A stretch of 64,000 nt of DNA, from NCBI GenBank assembly GCA_021772455.1, contig JAJFLY010000006.1, positions 19,641 to 83,640 on the forward strand, in the 5' to 3' direction. This document shows positions 1-8,762 of the stretch, in pieces; position 1 is the first letter of the stretch; every line of letters begins with the position of its first letter. Below the pieces are notes generated by a model. That model had not been told where the DNA came from. It did no database searches and saw only the letters and a list, made by a program, of their open reading frames with translations. The translations under genes and the position numbers were made by a program. Source of the DNA: Chlamydiota bacterium. Lineage in GTDB: Bacteria > Chlamydiota > Chlamydiia > Chlamydiales > JAAKFR01.

Positions 1-1
1 A

Positions 2-265
2 AAAACGCTTTACTGCTTTTCAGAAGAAGAGAAGAAAAAGGCTGAAAAAGAGCTAAAGAAAAACATAGAAATCACACGTTTTAAAGGACTGGGAGAAATT
101 TCTCCCAAGGAATTTAAACAGTTTATCGGCCAGGAAATGCGCCTAAAGCCGGTAGAAGTGCACGCTTTTTCAGACATCAAGCCAACACTTGAGTTTTATA
201 TGGGCAAAAACACCCCTAAGCGCAGACAGTTTATTATGGAAAACCTTATTCACGAAGAGTTGTAA
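2..265 (+). CDS. 3' end of a type IIA topoisomerase B subunit (ParE/GyrB-like), partial at the window edge
   Basis: The frame is open from position 2 to TAA at 263-265. It translates to ...ITRFKGLGEISPKEFKQFIGQEMRLKPVEVHAFSDIKPTLEFYMGKNTPKRRQFIMENLIHEEL, the conserved C-terminal tail of GyrB/ParE. It lies immediately upstream of the A-subunit gene. Confidence 0.8.
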   Translation, partial: KTLYCFSEEEKKKAEKELKKNIEITRFKGLGEISPKEFKQFIGQEMRLKPVEVHAFSDIKPTLEFYMGKNTPKRRQFIMENLIHEEL

Positions 266-271
266 GCAATT

Positions 272-2182
272 TTGGACGATATCAAACACGTATACAAGGA
301 CAATTATCTTCGCTATGCCTCCTATGTCATTTTGGACAGGGCGATCCCCCATGTGATTGACGGGTTGAAGCCCGTGCAGCGTCGCATTTTGTGGATGCTT
401 TTCAAGATGGATGACGGGAAGCTGCATAAAGTAGCAAACGTCGCCGGACAAACGATGGCCCTCCACCCACATGGCGATGCACCAATCATCGATGCTCTTG
501 TCAATCTCGCAAATAAGGGCTATCTCCTCGATATGCAAGGGAATTTCGGTAATCCCCATACTGGTGATCCTGCAGCTGCTGCGAGATATATCGAAACGCG
601 TCTGGGCGAGATGGCAAGAGAAACACTCTTTAACCCTGCGCTTACCGAATTTACCCCCTCCTACGATGGACGGGCCCAAGAGCCTGTTACCCTGCCAGCA
701 AAAATCCCTCTCTTGCTCATGCAAGGAGCTGAAGGGATTGCTGTTGGGATGTCCACAAAGATCCTACCCCACAACTTCCAAGAACTCCTAAAAGCTGAAA
801 TTGCCATTCTGGAAAACAAACCTTTTAAGGTTTACCCCGACTTCCCCTCGGGTGGGACGATGGACCCAACAGAATACGATCAGGGACGAGGCAAGGTTAA
901 GCTCCGAGCTAAAATGACATCTCCTGACGAAAAAACGCTCGTGATCACTGAAATTTGTCACGGAACCACAACAGAATCGGTGATCCGCTCCATTGACGAG
1001 GCGGCCAAAAGGGGAAAAATCAAAATCGATTCGATCAACGATTACACCGCAGAAAAGATTGAGATCGAGATCAAACTCCCCCGCGGACAGTATGCAGACA
1101 AAATCATTGATCAGCTCTATGCTTTCACCGATTGTGAAGTTTCAATCAGCACACAGCTGCTAAGTATCCGAGACCAAATGCCTTGGGAAGGAACCGTTGA
1201 TGGGATTTTAAAACTCCATGTTGAACTTCTACAAGGCTATCTGAAAAAAGAGCTCGAAATTGAGCGCGATCGACTCCTTGAAAAAATCTTCGAGAAAACT
1301 CTCGAACAGATCTTTATCGAAAACCGTCTCTACAAACAAATCGAGAATGTAGCAAGCTTCGACAAACTCCACTCCACCATTGAAACGAGTTTAAAGCCAT
1401 ACCATAAGCAACTTGCGCGTATCCCTAACCGTGAGGATCAAGATAGGCTTCTTGCCATTCCAATCCGCCGCATTTCACGCTTTGACATCGAGAAAAACCA
1501 GGACGATATCTCTGCGCTCGACAAGAAATTGATGGAGGCCGAAAAAGATCTCAAAAACATCAAAAAATTCACAATCAACTACCTCCAAAGTCTTCTCAAA
1601 AAATACGGCGATCTTTTTCCACGCCGCACAAAAATTAAAGAGATCGAGGTGATCGACAAGCGAGAAATTGCAAAGAAAATTGTGAAAGTTGGCTACGACT
1701 CTGAATCGGGGTATATTGGGACAAAAGTTTCTAGCCCTCAAACTGTTGAGTGCAGCTCCCTCGACAAACTTTTGATCCTTTTCAAAGATGGCTCCTATCA
1801 GGTCATGAATATCCCCGATAAGCAATATATCCACACAAAAAAAGTGCCAGCCATCTGGATAGGACCTGCCGATAAAGAGACGATTTTCCGAGTCCTTTAC
1901 AAGGATAAGAAGACAAATTATCCCTACGTGAAACGCTTTATCGTGAAACAGTTTATCCTTGAAAAAGAGTACTCCTTTTTGGATGATGAGAGCAAACTTG
2001 AGTTTATCAGCACCCACAAGGGCCTCGTTTTGCTCCTGACATTCAAGCCCAAGGCACGGCAGAAAGTGAATAAGCTGGAATGTACCCTAGATGAAGTGGC
2101 GATCAAAGGAGTGAGTGCCAAGGGAGTGCGCATTGCAAATAGGGAACTGAAAACAATTAAGATTTACAAAAGTGAGGGATAG
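272..2182 (+). CDS. parC: DNA topoisomerase IV subunit A (short GyrA/ParC-family protein)
   Basis: The N-terminus YASYVILDRAIPHVIDGLKPVQRRILW and HPHGD are GyrA/ParC hallmarks. The 636-aa length fits the short ParC-like form. The start is TTG, 7 nt after the B-subunit stop. Confidence 0.8.
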   Translation: MDDIKHVYKDNYLRYASYVILDRAIPHVIDGLKPVQRRILWMLFKMDDGKLHKVANVAGQTMALHPHGDAPIIDALVNLANKGYLLDMQGNFGNPHTGDPAAAARYIETRLGEMARETLFNPALTEFTPSYDGRAQEPVTLPAKIPLLLMQGAEGIAVGMSTKILPHNFQELLKAEIAILENKPFKVYPDFPSGGTMDPTEYDQGRGKVKLRAKMTSPDEKTLVITEICHGTTTESVIRSIDEAAKRGKIKIDSINDYTAEKIEIEIKLPRGQYADKIIDQLYAFTDCEVSISTQLLSIRDQMPWEGTVDGILKLHVELLQGYLKKELEIERDRLLEKIFEKTLEQIFIENRLYKQIENVASFDKLHSTIETSLKPYHKQLARIPNREDQDRLLAIPIRRISRFDIEKNQDDISALDKKLMEAEKDLKNIKKFTINYLQSLLKKYGDLFPRRTKIKEIEVIDKREIAKKIVKVGYDSESGYIGTKVSSPQTVECSSLDKLLILFKDGSYQVMNIPDKQYIHTKKVPAIWIGPADKETIFRVLYKDKKTNYPYVKRFIVKQFILEKEYSFLDDESKLEFISTHKGLVLLLTFKPKARQKVNKLECTLDEVAIKGVSAKGVRIANRELKTIKIYKSEG

Positions 2183-2488
2183 ATGGGGGAATCAAGCGGT
2201 ATTGGTGGCGGCGGGAGCTTGCCGATTAAACCTAATGAGCCTGAAAAGCTTGGTGATGTCACCGGCCAACCTAGTGGTGGCTCCATCGAAAATGCCCTGC
2301 ACACACCGGTCAAGAACTTAAACCAGCTCAAACAAGTTTTGATCGAAAACCTCGGCAAAAAAGAAGGAACCAAAATGTACAATGGCTTTGTCAAATCATT
2401 TGCCATGCAGATGCTCAGCCAAATGCAGCAATCGGCAGCTCAAGCAAAAAAAGCCGCGCAACAAATGCGGCAAGGCCCTCAAGGTTAA
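2183..2488 (+). CDS. hypothetical small Gly/Gln-rich protein
   Basis: ATG is preceded by GAGGGA. It is tightly packed between parC and the next ORF. I recognise no family. Confidence 0.45.
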   Translation: MGESSGIGGGGSLPIKPNEPEKLGDVTGQPSGGSIENALHTPVKNLNQLKQVLIENLGKKEGTKMYNGFVKSFAMQMLSQMQQSAAQAKKAAQQMRQGPQG

Positions 2489-2490
2489 TT

Positions 2491-2781
2491 ATGTACGATT
2501 TAAAGCTCTTTTTAGGCATTGCTGCTGACGTTGAACTTGAAAAGGCTCTTTCCAAAATTAATCCTCACTTGCTCTCCCTTTATATGAGCGGAGGAAATTA
2601 CCTAAGTGCTGTTTCCCTCAAGGAGCAACGTTATTTCGGGAAGCCTGCCCCCCTCTCATCATCTGTAAATCAGCTCGAAAACCTCGAAACACATCTTCTT
2701 AGCCTTTTAAGAAAGCTCGTTCCTGAATATCCTCTCTCTAAACCTGTCTTAGTGACGCATATCGATGACCATCAACGTTAG
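2491..2781 (+). CDS. hypothetical protein
   Basis: 96-aa ORF placed 2 nt after the previous stop and overlapping the rluD start. I recognise no family. Confidence 0.4.
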   Translation: MYDLKLFLGIAADVELEKALSKINPHLLSLYMSGGNYLSAVSLKEQRYFGKPAPLSSSVNQLENLETHLLSLLRKLVPEYPLSKPVLVTHIDDHQR

Positions 2782-3688
2782 TGAGGAGGAGGCAGAGCTC
2801 AGGCTCGATAAGTTACTTGCGCTGCGTTTCCCAGAATATTCACGCCAATACTTTCAGTCTCTTATCCGAGACAAGCTTGTCCTTGTTAATGGAAGCCTTG
2901 TCAAAAAAGCGGCTAAACTCGAAATAGGCGACGAGATCGAGATCGAGTTTGCTGTCACTCCCGAAATCTCACTTGAACCTGAAAACATTGAACTCGATAT
3001 CCTCTTTGAAGATGACGATTTAATTGCCGTCAATAAACCTGCTGGGATGGTCGTCCACCCAGCTGTTGGAAATTGGTCGGGCACATTTGTCAATGCCCTC
3101 ATCTACCACTGTAAAAACCTTCCCACAGCTGGAACACTCCGCCCCGGCATTGTACACCGCCTTGACAAGGAGACCTCAGGAGTTCTTATTGCAGCTAAAA
3201 ATAAGCGTGCTCAACAACTTATGGTCGAAAAATTCGCAAATCGTCAAATTGAAAAAGTCTATCTCGCCATTTGCATCGGCAACCCCGGAAATAGAGTAAT
3301 CGAAGGGAATATCGGCCGTCACCCAGTTCGTCGCAAGGAGATGGCTATACTGGAAGGTAAGGGGCGCGCAGCACGCACGCGGTGTGAAAGCCTGGGACAC
3401 ACAGATATTTTAAGCCTCGTCCGTCTCTTTCCCGAAACAGGGCGCACCCACCAGCTGCGCGTCCACTTAAAAGGTGCCGGCACCCCTATTTTAGGCGATC
3501 GCATTTATGGAAGCTCTCCTATCAACACAAAACTAGGTGCGAATCGACAAATGCTCCACGCCTACTCTTTGCGATTTGAGCACCCTTTACGCAAAGAAGA
3601 GATTGAGCTTAAAGCCCCTATCCCTCAAGATATGGAAAAATTTATTAAACAAGTCACGAATCATGCGCCTTTTAGTTCAGAGAGTTAA
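2765..3688 (+). CDS. rluD: RluA/RluD-family 23S rRNA pseudouridine synthase
   Basis: N-terminal S4-like region, then LIAVNKPAGMVVHP and the catalytic HRLDKETSGVLIAAK motif. Length is 307 aa. Confidence 0.85.
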   Translation: MTINVSEEEAELRLDKLLALRFPEYSRQYFQSLIRDKLVLVNGSLVKKAAKLEIGDEIEIEFAVTPEISLEPENIELDILFEDDDLIAVNKPAGMVVHPAVGNWSGTFVNALIYHCKNLPTAGTLRPGIVHRLDKETSGVLIAAKNKRAQQLMVEKFANRQIEKVYLAICIGNPGNRVIEGNIGRHPVRRKEMAILEGKGRAARTRCESLGHTDILSLVRLFPETGRTHQLRVHLKGAGTPILGDRIYGSSPINTKLGANRQMLHAYSLRFEHPLRKEEIELKAPIPQDMEKFIKQVTNHAPFSSES

Positions 3689-4103
3689 AGAAGCCCACGT
3701 CTCGGTGAATGAAAAAGTCTGCGGAAAAATCAACCACGGACTTCTTCTCTACTTGGGCATCCATAAAGACGACACCCCTACAAAAACCGACTGGTTGATC
3801 AACAAACTTATCGGTTTACGTATCTTTTGCGATGAAGAAGGTCAAATGAACCACGATATTCAGCAAGCACAAGGCGATGTCTTACTGATCAGCCAATTTA
3901 CCCTTTATGGTGACGTCCAGAGTGGAAGGCGCCCTGGATTTACCGAAGCTGCCCTCCCGGAGCCCGCCTTTCTACTCTATGAACAGTTTATCAGTGAACT
4001 GAAAGAGGCGCTGGGACGCCCAGTGCAAACTGGTGTCTTCGGCGCACTTATGGAAGTCTCCTCAATAAATGATGGCCCTGTTACATTTCTCTTAGAGCGT
4101 TAG
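3663..4103 (+). CDS. dtd: D-aminoacyl-tRNA deacylase
   Basis: MRLLVQRVKEAHVSV... and SQFTLYGD...GRRPGF are the Dtd signature. The track ORF (3537) is over-extended. ATG at 3663 gives the expected ~146 aa. Confidence 0.85.
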   Translation: MRLLVQRVKEAHVSVNEKVCGKINHGLLLYLGIHKDDTPTKTDWLINKLIGLRIFCDEEGQMNHDIQQAQGDVLLISQFTLYGDVQSGRRPGFTEAALPEPAFLLYEQFISELKEALGRPVQTGVFGALMEVSSINDGPVTFLLER

Positions 4104-4210
4104 ATTTATTAAAAAAATATTATGACGTTTCTGTAGCCTAATAAAATACCCTTATAGTAATATCACAATTACGAACGGAAATATCGAATTGTATTTATAG
4201 GTCCAGAAAC

Positions 4211-4471
4211 ATGAAAGACTTTGTAGCTTATATTGTTAAGAATTTGGTTGATAATCCAGACCAGGTCAAGATTACTGAAATTGGCGGCACCCACACTGTG
4301 ATTTTAGAGCTGTCTGTCGAAAAATCTGATATTGGAAAGATTATTGGGAAGCGCGGAAAAACAATTAACGCCATCCGAACACTTTTGATGTCAGTCGCAA
4401 GCCGCAACGGCCTGCGGGTCAATCTAGAGATCCTAGAAGAAGAGGAAGCGGCAGAAGCAGAAGAGAAGTAA
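4211..4471 (+). CDS. KH-domain RNA-binding protein (UPF0109/KhpA-like)
   Basis: The GKIIGKRGKTINAIRTL GxxG KH motif in an 86-aa protein with an acidic tail. Confidence 0.75.
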   Translation: MKDFVAYIVKNLVDNPDQVKITEIGGTHTVILELSVEKSDIGKIIGKRGKTINAIRTLLMSVASRNGLRVNLEILEEEEAAEAEEK

Positions 4472-4522
4472 TCTGCTTTTTTCGTGAATTTTACTTTGAG
4501 ATCCGCTACTATCGTCCCCCTT

Positions 4523-4595
4523 GGACCGATAGCTCAGCGGATAGAGCCCCCGCCTTCTAAGCGGGTGGTCGCAGGTTCGAATCCTGCTCGGTCCG
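4523..4595 (+). tRNA. tRNA-Arg (anticodon UCU)
   Basis: GGACCGA/TCGGTCC acceptor stem, AGCTCAGCGGATAGAGC D-arm, CCCGC-CTTCTAA-GCGGG anticodon arm (TCT) and GCAGGTTCGAATCCTGC T-arm. Length is 73 nt with no encoded CCA. Confidence 0.9.
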
Positions 4596-4600
4596 TACTT

Positions 4601-5092
4601 ATGACAGAATGCTATATTGGAATTGGGGGCAACTTCCCCCAAACTCTCACGGCCATGCGCGATGCCGTTCAAAAAATTAAGTGCATAGAGGGAATCTCAC
4701 ACCTTAAATCCTCCTCTCTCTATCGCACAACACCCGTCTCAGATATTCCACAGCCCCCCTTTTTAAACGCCGTCTGTCGGTTTGCCTGCCACCTCCCCTT
4801 GGAAGATCTTTGGAAAAAAATGCAGGAAATAGAGTCGGAGCTGGAAAAAGTGCCGAAATCTAAAAATGCCCCCCGCCTAATCGATCTCGATCTTCTTTTT
4901 TTTGGCGATACAGTGTATGATTCTCCTGAGTTGATTCTCCCACATCCTAAATGGCATGAAAGGCTTTTTGTCCTTGTACCATTAGCAGATGTGACCGATA
5001 CTCTCCCTCTGGGGATCGACATGGGCGAGTTGCTTAAAAAATTTTTAAATCCTCATAATGAACAGGTTATAAAATGCGGAACCTTAACTTAA
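4601..5092 (+). CDS. folK: 2-amino-4-hydroxy-6-hydroxymethyldihydropteridine pyrophosphokinase
   Basis: YIGIGGN..., FLNAV, PRLIDLDLLFFGD and LPHP are HPPK motifs. ATG at 4601 comes directly after the tRNA. The track ORF start (4484) runs through the tRNA. Confidence 0.8.
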   Translation: MTECYIGIGGNFPQTLTAMRDAVQKIKCIEGISHLKSSSLYRTTPVSDIPQPPFLNAVCRFACHLPLEDLWKKMQEIESELEKVPKSKNAPRLIDLDLLFFGDTVYDSPELILPHPKWHERLFVLVPLADVTDTLPLGIDMGELLKKFLNPHNEQVIKCGTLT

Positions 5093-5859
5093 AAAATTTT
5101 TTCGTAGTTTCTGGTCCTTGTGTAATCGAGAGCGAGGCGCACGCAATGCAGTGCGCAGAATTTTTGGTCCCCCTTTTTGAAAAGAAGGGTGTTCCATTCA
5201 TTTTCAAGGCGAGCTACGACAAAGCCAACCGCTCCTCGCTTAACTCTTTTAGAGGTCCAGGCATCGAAGAGGGATTGAAAATTCTAGAGAAAATCCGCGA
5301 TACATTCTCCATTCCTGTCTTTACCGATATCCACTCTCCTGAAGAGGCACGCCAGGCCGCCGATGTATGTGATGTGATTCAAATTCCTGCATTTTTGTGT
5401 CGCCAAACCGATCTTCTCATCGCTGCTGGAAATACAGGGGCAATTGTCAACGTGAAAAAAGGGCAATTTATGGCCCCTTGGGACATGAAAAACGTGATCG
5501 ACAAGCTTGAATCGACTGGAAACAATAATATCGTCATCACAGAGCGCGGTACGAGTTTTGGGTACAACAATCTGGTGAGCGACATGCGCGCCATTCCGAT
5601 CATGGAAAAGCTTGGTCACCCCATCCTTTATGATGCTACCCACTCGGTCCAGCTGCCGGGCGGTAACGGAGAGTACTCCGGTGGACAGCGCGAATTTATT
5701 CCAGCCCTATCGCGCGCGGCCCTCGCTGCAGGAGCGACAGGAATTTACGCGGAGGCCCACCCCGACCCGGACAATGCAATGAGCGACGCAGCCTCGGTAA
5801 TCCCCTTTAGCGAGCTTCCCGATCTTATCGACAGCTGGCTGCGCATCGCACATGTATAA
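5074..5859 (+). CDS. kdsA: 2-dehydro-3-deoxyphosphooctonate (KDO-8-P) aldolase
   Basis: VSGPCVIES, FKASYDKANRSS, IQIPAFLCRQTDL and ERG..FGYNNLV are typical KdsA blocks. Length is 261 aa. Confidence 0.9.
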   Translation: MRNLNLKNFFVVSGPCVIESEAHAMQCAEFLVPLFEKKGVPFIFKASYDKANRSSLNSFRGPGIEEGLKILEKIRDTFSIPVFTDIHSPEEARQAADVCDVIQIPAFLCRQTDLLIAAGNTGAIVNVKKGQFMAPWDMKNVIDKLESTGNNNIVITERGTSFGYNNLVSDMRAIPIMEKLGHPILYDATHSVQLPGGNGEYSGGQREFIPALSRAALAAGATGIYAEAHPDPDNAMSDAASVIPFSELPDLIDSWLRIAHV

Positions 5860-6577
5860 ACTCACGCTTCTATTTGTTTTAGCAGCTTTTTTTGTTGGGT
5901 TTTCGATAGGGCGCGTGACAGATCGCGATTACAAAACCTACCAAGAGCTGCTTGTAAGTAGCGCTCCGATCAAAAATCCTCTCGTCTCCAAGCAGGCGCG
6001 CGAGGGAGTGCTTAAAGAGATCTGGACTCAAAATCACCATATCCGTATCGAAAGCGCCACCTCCGAGCTCCATTTTTCTCAAAAAGATGGACAAATGAAA
6101 GTGAGTGAGCAGCTTGGAATCGCCTCCTTAAAAATGGAAGATGGAAGCCAGCTCGAATGCGATAAGGCTTTGCTCGACTACGCCAATATGACGAGCCATT
6201 TTACGGGCGCACCTCAAGTCTCCTACTGTGATGAGCGGGGGGAAGTATGGGCCGATGAGGCCTATGTCGACTACACGCAAACCGAAGGGTCGATCAAGCC
6301 CTCCAAAATCCGTCTTATCGACAATGTCCAACTGATCTACCTAGAGAGCGATCAATATGCCCTGGCAGATCTTGTCACTTACTACCCCGAAGAAAAGCTC
6401 ACAATTCTCGAAGCCAAGGAGGGCAACCGCGTCCTTTTCTTCGACAAAGGGCGTAATATGCAACTGTCGGCCCCCTGTGTACATGCAACCCGCAAGAAGA
6501 TCCAAGGGATTGGCGATGTGCGCTTTGTCTTTGGCCAAGACGAACTCTCTAAACTAAAAGGACATTTCAAATGGTAA
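5852..6577 (+). CDS. putative LptC/LptA-like (OstA-fold) LPS transport protein
   Basis: N-terminal membrane anchor followed by a beta-rich body. It sits between kdsA and lptB, as in the chlamydial kdsA-hyp-yhbG arrangement I recall. The call is by context only. Confidence 0.45.
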   Translation: MYKLTLLFVLAAFFVGFSIGRVTDRDYKTYQELLVSSAPIKNPLVSKQAREGVLKEIWTQNHHIRIESATSELHFSQKDGQMKVSEQLGIASLKMEDGSQLECDKALLDYANMTSHFTGAPQVSYCDERGEVWADEAYVDYTQTEGSIKPSKIRLIDNVQLIYLESDQYALADLVTYYPEEKLTILEAKEGNRVLFFDKGRNMQLSAPCVHATRKKIQGIGDVRFVFGQDELSKLKGHFKW

Positions 6578-7305
6578 TGAAGCCGCCGATTTTAGAGGTT
6601 CAAAATCTAGAAAAAAGTTATGGAGATCGCAAGGTAGTTTCGGGCCTTTCATTTACCATCCAAGAGGGTGAAATTGTAGGCCTGCTAGGTCCAAATGGCG
6701 CTGGAAAAACAACAGCTTTTTATATGACAATGGGGCTAATCCGCCCCGATAAAGGGACGATTCTTTTCAAACAAACCGATGTCACAAAAATGCCGATCGA
6801 CAAACGGGCAAAAATGGGAATGGGCTATCTTGCTCAAGAGCCCTCTATCTTCCGTAGTTTGACTGTCGAAGAAAACATTCTATGCATTCTAGAAACGCTG
6901 CCCATCACCAAAAAAGAGCGGCTCCACCGTCTGGAGAAACTGCTACATGAGTTGAACCTCGAAAAGCTCGCGAAAAAAAGAGCAGCAGGTCTTTCCGGTG
7001 GGGAAAGGCGTCGTTTAGAAATTACTCGCGCACTTGTTACAAATCCCTCGTTCCTCTTGCTTGATGAGCCCTTTGCTAACATCGATCCAATCGCAATCAA
7101 CGATGTGCAACACATGATCCGCCTGCTTGCCAAAAAGAAAATCAGCGTCCTCATTACCGACCACAATGCGCGCGAAATTTTCTCGATTGTAGACCGGAGC
7201 TACTTAATTCGTGATGGAAAAGTCTTTCTTTCTGGTACTGTTGATGCATTAATTCACAACGAAGAAGCGCGCCACACATACCTCGGCGCAGATTTTAAGA
7301 TATAA
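6571..7305 (+). CDS. lptB: LPS export ABC transporter ATP-binding protein
   Basis: Walker A GPNGAGKTT, signature LSGGERRRLEI, Walker B LLLDEPF and a C-terminal ...ARHTYLGADFKI typical of LptB. Confidence 0.85.
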   Translation: MVMKPPILEVQNLEKSYGDRKVVSGLSFTIQEGEIVGLLGPNGAGKTTAFYMTMGLIRPDKGTILFKQTDVTKMPIDKRAKMGMGYLAQEPSIFRSLTVEENILCILETLPITKKERLHRLEKLLHELNLEKLAKKRAAGLSGGERRRLEITRALVTNPSFLLLDEPFANIDPIAINDVQHMIRLLAKKKISVLITDHNAREIFSIVDRSYLIRDGKVFLSGTVDALIHNEEARHTYLGADFKI

Positions 7306-7317
7306 GGAAATTCAGCT

Positions 7318-7875
7318 ATGACGAACGTATTAATTGTTTATGCCTCTCAGTATGGAAGCACCAAAAAAATGGCCAAGACAATCGCCTTAGGTGCAAAAGA
7401 AGAAGGAGCAGAGGTCACACTCAAAATGGCTCCTGAAACGACCACCGAAGATCTTATCAAAGCTGATGGCATCATCTTTGGAAGTCCCGTCCATATGGGA
7501 AGCATGGATTGGCAGATGAAAAAATTCATCGATGAGGTGTGTAGCAAATTGTGGATGGAGAACAAGCTCAACGGCAAGGTGGGCGCTGTTTTTGCAACAG
7601 GGAGCGGATTTGGGAATGCTGGTGGAGGGTGTGAGCTCACTATGCTCTCGATGCTAAATAACCTTGTCGAGCTTGGCCTTTTGTTCATTCCCCTCCCAAA
7701 AAACACCCCTGGCTATGCCGATGCAGGCCTTCAATGGGGACCTTATGGGAGAAGCATGGGACCTAACATGGAACAGACTGGATTAACTGACGAGCAACTC
7801 GAAGCGGCGCGCCACCACGGCAAACATGTTGCCAGAGCTGCCAAGCTTATAAAAGGGCAGCCCCTCTTCTCATGA
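7318..7875 (+). CDS. wrbA: flavodoxin-like NAD(P)H:quinone oxidoreductase (WrbA type)
   Basis: VLIVYASQYGSTKKMA flavodoxin start, GSPVHMGSM and a length of about 185 aa. Confidence 0.7.
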   Translation: MTNVLIVYASQYGSTKKMAKTIALGAKEEGAEVTLKMAPETTTEDLIKADGIIFGSPVHMGSMDWQMKKFIDEVCSKLWMENKLNGKVGAVFATGSGFGNAGGGCELTMLSMLNNLVELGLLFIPLPKNTPGYADAGLQWGPYGRSMGPNMEQTGLTDEQLEAARHHGKHVARAAKLIKGQPLFS

Positions 7876-8762
7876 AGGAAAAGATGCGTTCCTTTGCCCA
7901 CGGCACCATTTACATGGTGCTGTCTGCGGCAAGCTTGTCACTCGCCTATCTCTTTGTAAAGATCAGCACCGCTGAGGTTCCCTACTTCCTACTCGTCTTT
8001 TTACGTTTCATCATCCCCTTCCTCTTTCTCGCCACTGTTTTTGCAATCGGGCGAAGATCGATTAAAACCCAGTCGCTGCGGGCCCATATGCTCCGCATCC
8101 TGTTTGTCTTAATCGCCCAATACAGCATCTTCTATTACATCTCAAAAGACTCGCTCCTAAACGCAACCGTATTGCTCAATACCTCCCCCCTCTTTATCCC
8201 TCTGATCGAGTGGTTTTTCTTAAAATACCGCATCCCCAAATCGACCTGGATCAGCATGGTGATTTCGGCCGTGGGGGTTGTCTGTATTCTACAACCAGGC
8301 ACAGGCCTTTTCTCTAAATTAAGCCTTATCGGCCTCCTTGCAGGAATTTGCCAAGCCGGCTCACAGGTCGTTTTTGGCCTGAGCGCAAAAAAAGAAGCCC
8401 CAGAGATTTCTCTCTTCTACCTCTTTGGCTTTGGGAGTATCCTCTCGTTTTTTCCGTTAATTGGGCAAAGGACTGCGCTCGAGGTTTCGTGGACACCCAG
8501 TCTTATCGTTTTTATCTTGCTTCTTTCATCTGCAGGCCTGATGAACCAGTACTTTCGAGGAAAAGCCTATGCTCACCGCAAACCCTCAACACTCTCAACC
8601 TTTCTCTATCTTTCGGTCCCGATTTCAGGTTTTTTTGACTGGTTTGTCTTTTATGATGTTCCAAATACCCTTTCGATTATCGGGGCTATTCTAGTAATTG
8701 TGGGGGGTGGTTCAAAGATTGCGCTCAGGTACTACTTCCTCAAGCGCAAGCAGACTTTATAA
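7872..8762 (+). CDS. EamA/DMT-family transporter
   Basis: About 10 hydrophobic segments in 296 aa with a duplicated EamA-like architecture. Confidence 0.65.
   Translation: MKEKMRSFAHGTIYMVLSAASLSLAYLFVKISTAEVPYFLLVFLRFIIPFLFLATVFAIGRRSIKTQSLRAHMLRILFVLIAQYSIFYYISKDSLLNATVLLNTSPLFIPLIEWFFLKYRIPKSTWISMVISAVGVVCILQPGTGLFSKLSLIGLLAGICQAGSQVVFGLSAKKEAPEISLFYLFGFGSILSFFPLIGQRTALEVSWTPSLIVFILLLSSAGLMNQYFRGKAYAHRKPSTLSTFLYLSVPISGFFDWFVFYDVPNTLSIIGAILVIVGGGSKIALRYYFLKRKQTL

Noticed and set aside
170-724. 184-aa minus-strand ORF and other antisense ORFs inside parC
   Set aside because: It lies entirely within the strongly supported ParC coding region on the opposite strand, and I recognise no motifs in it.
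4484-4600. N-terminal extension of the folK ORF
   Set aside because: The extension runs through tRNA-Arg (4523-4595). The real start is the ATG at 4601.
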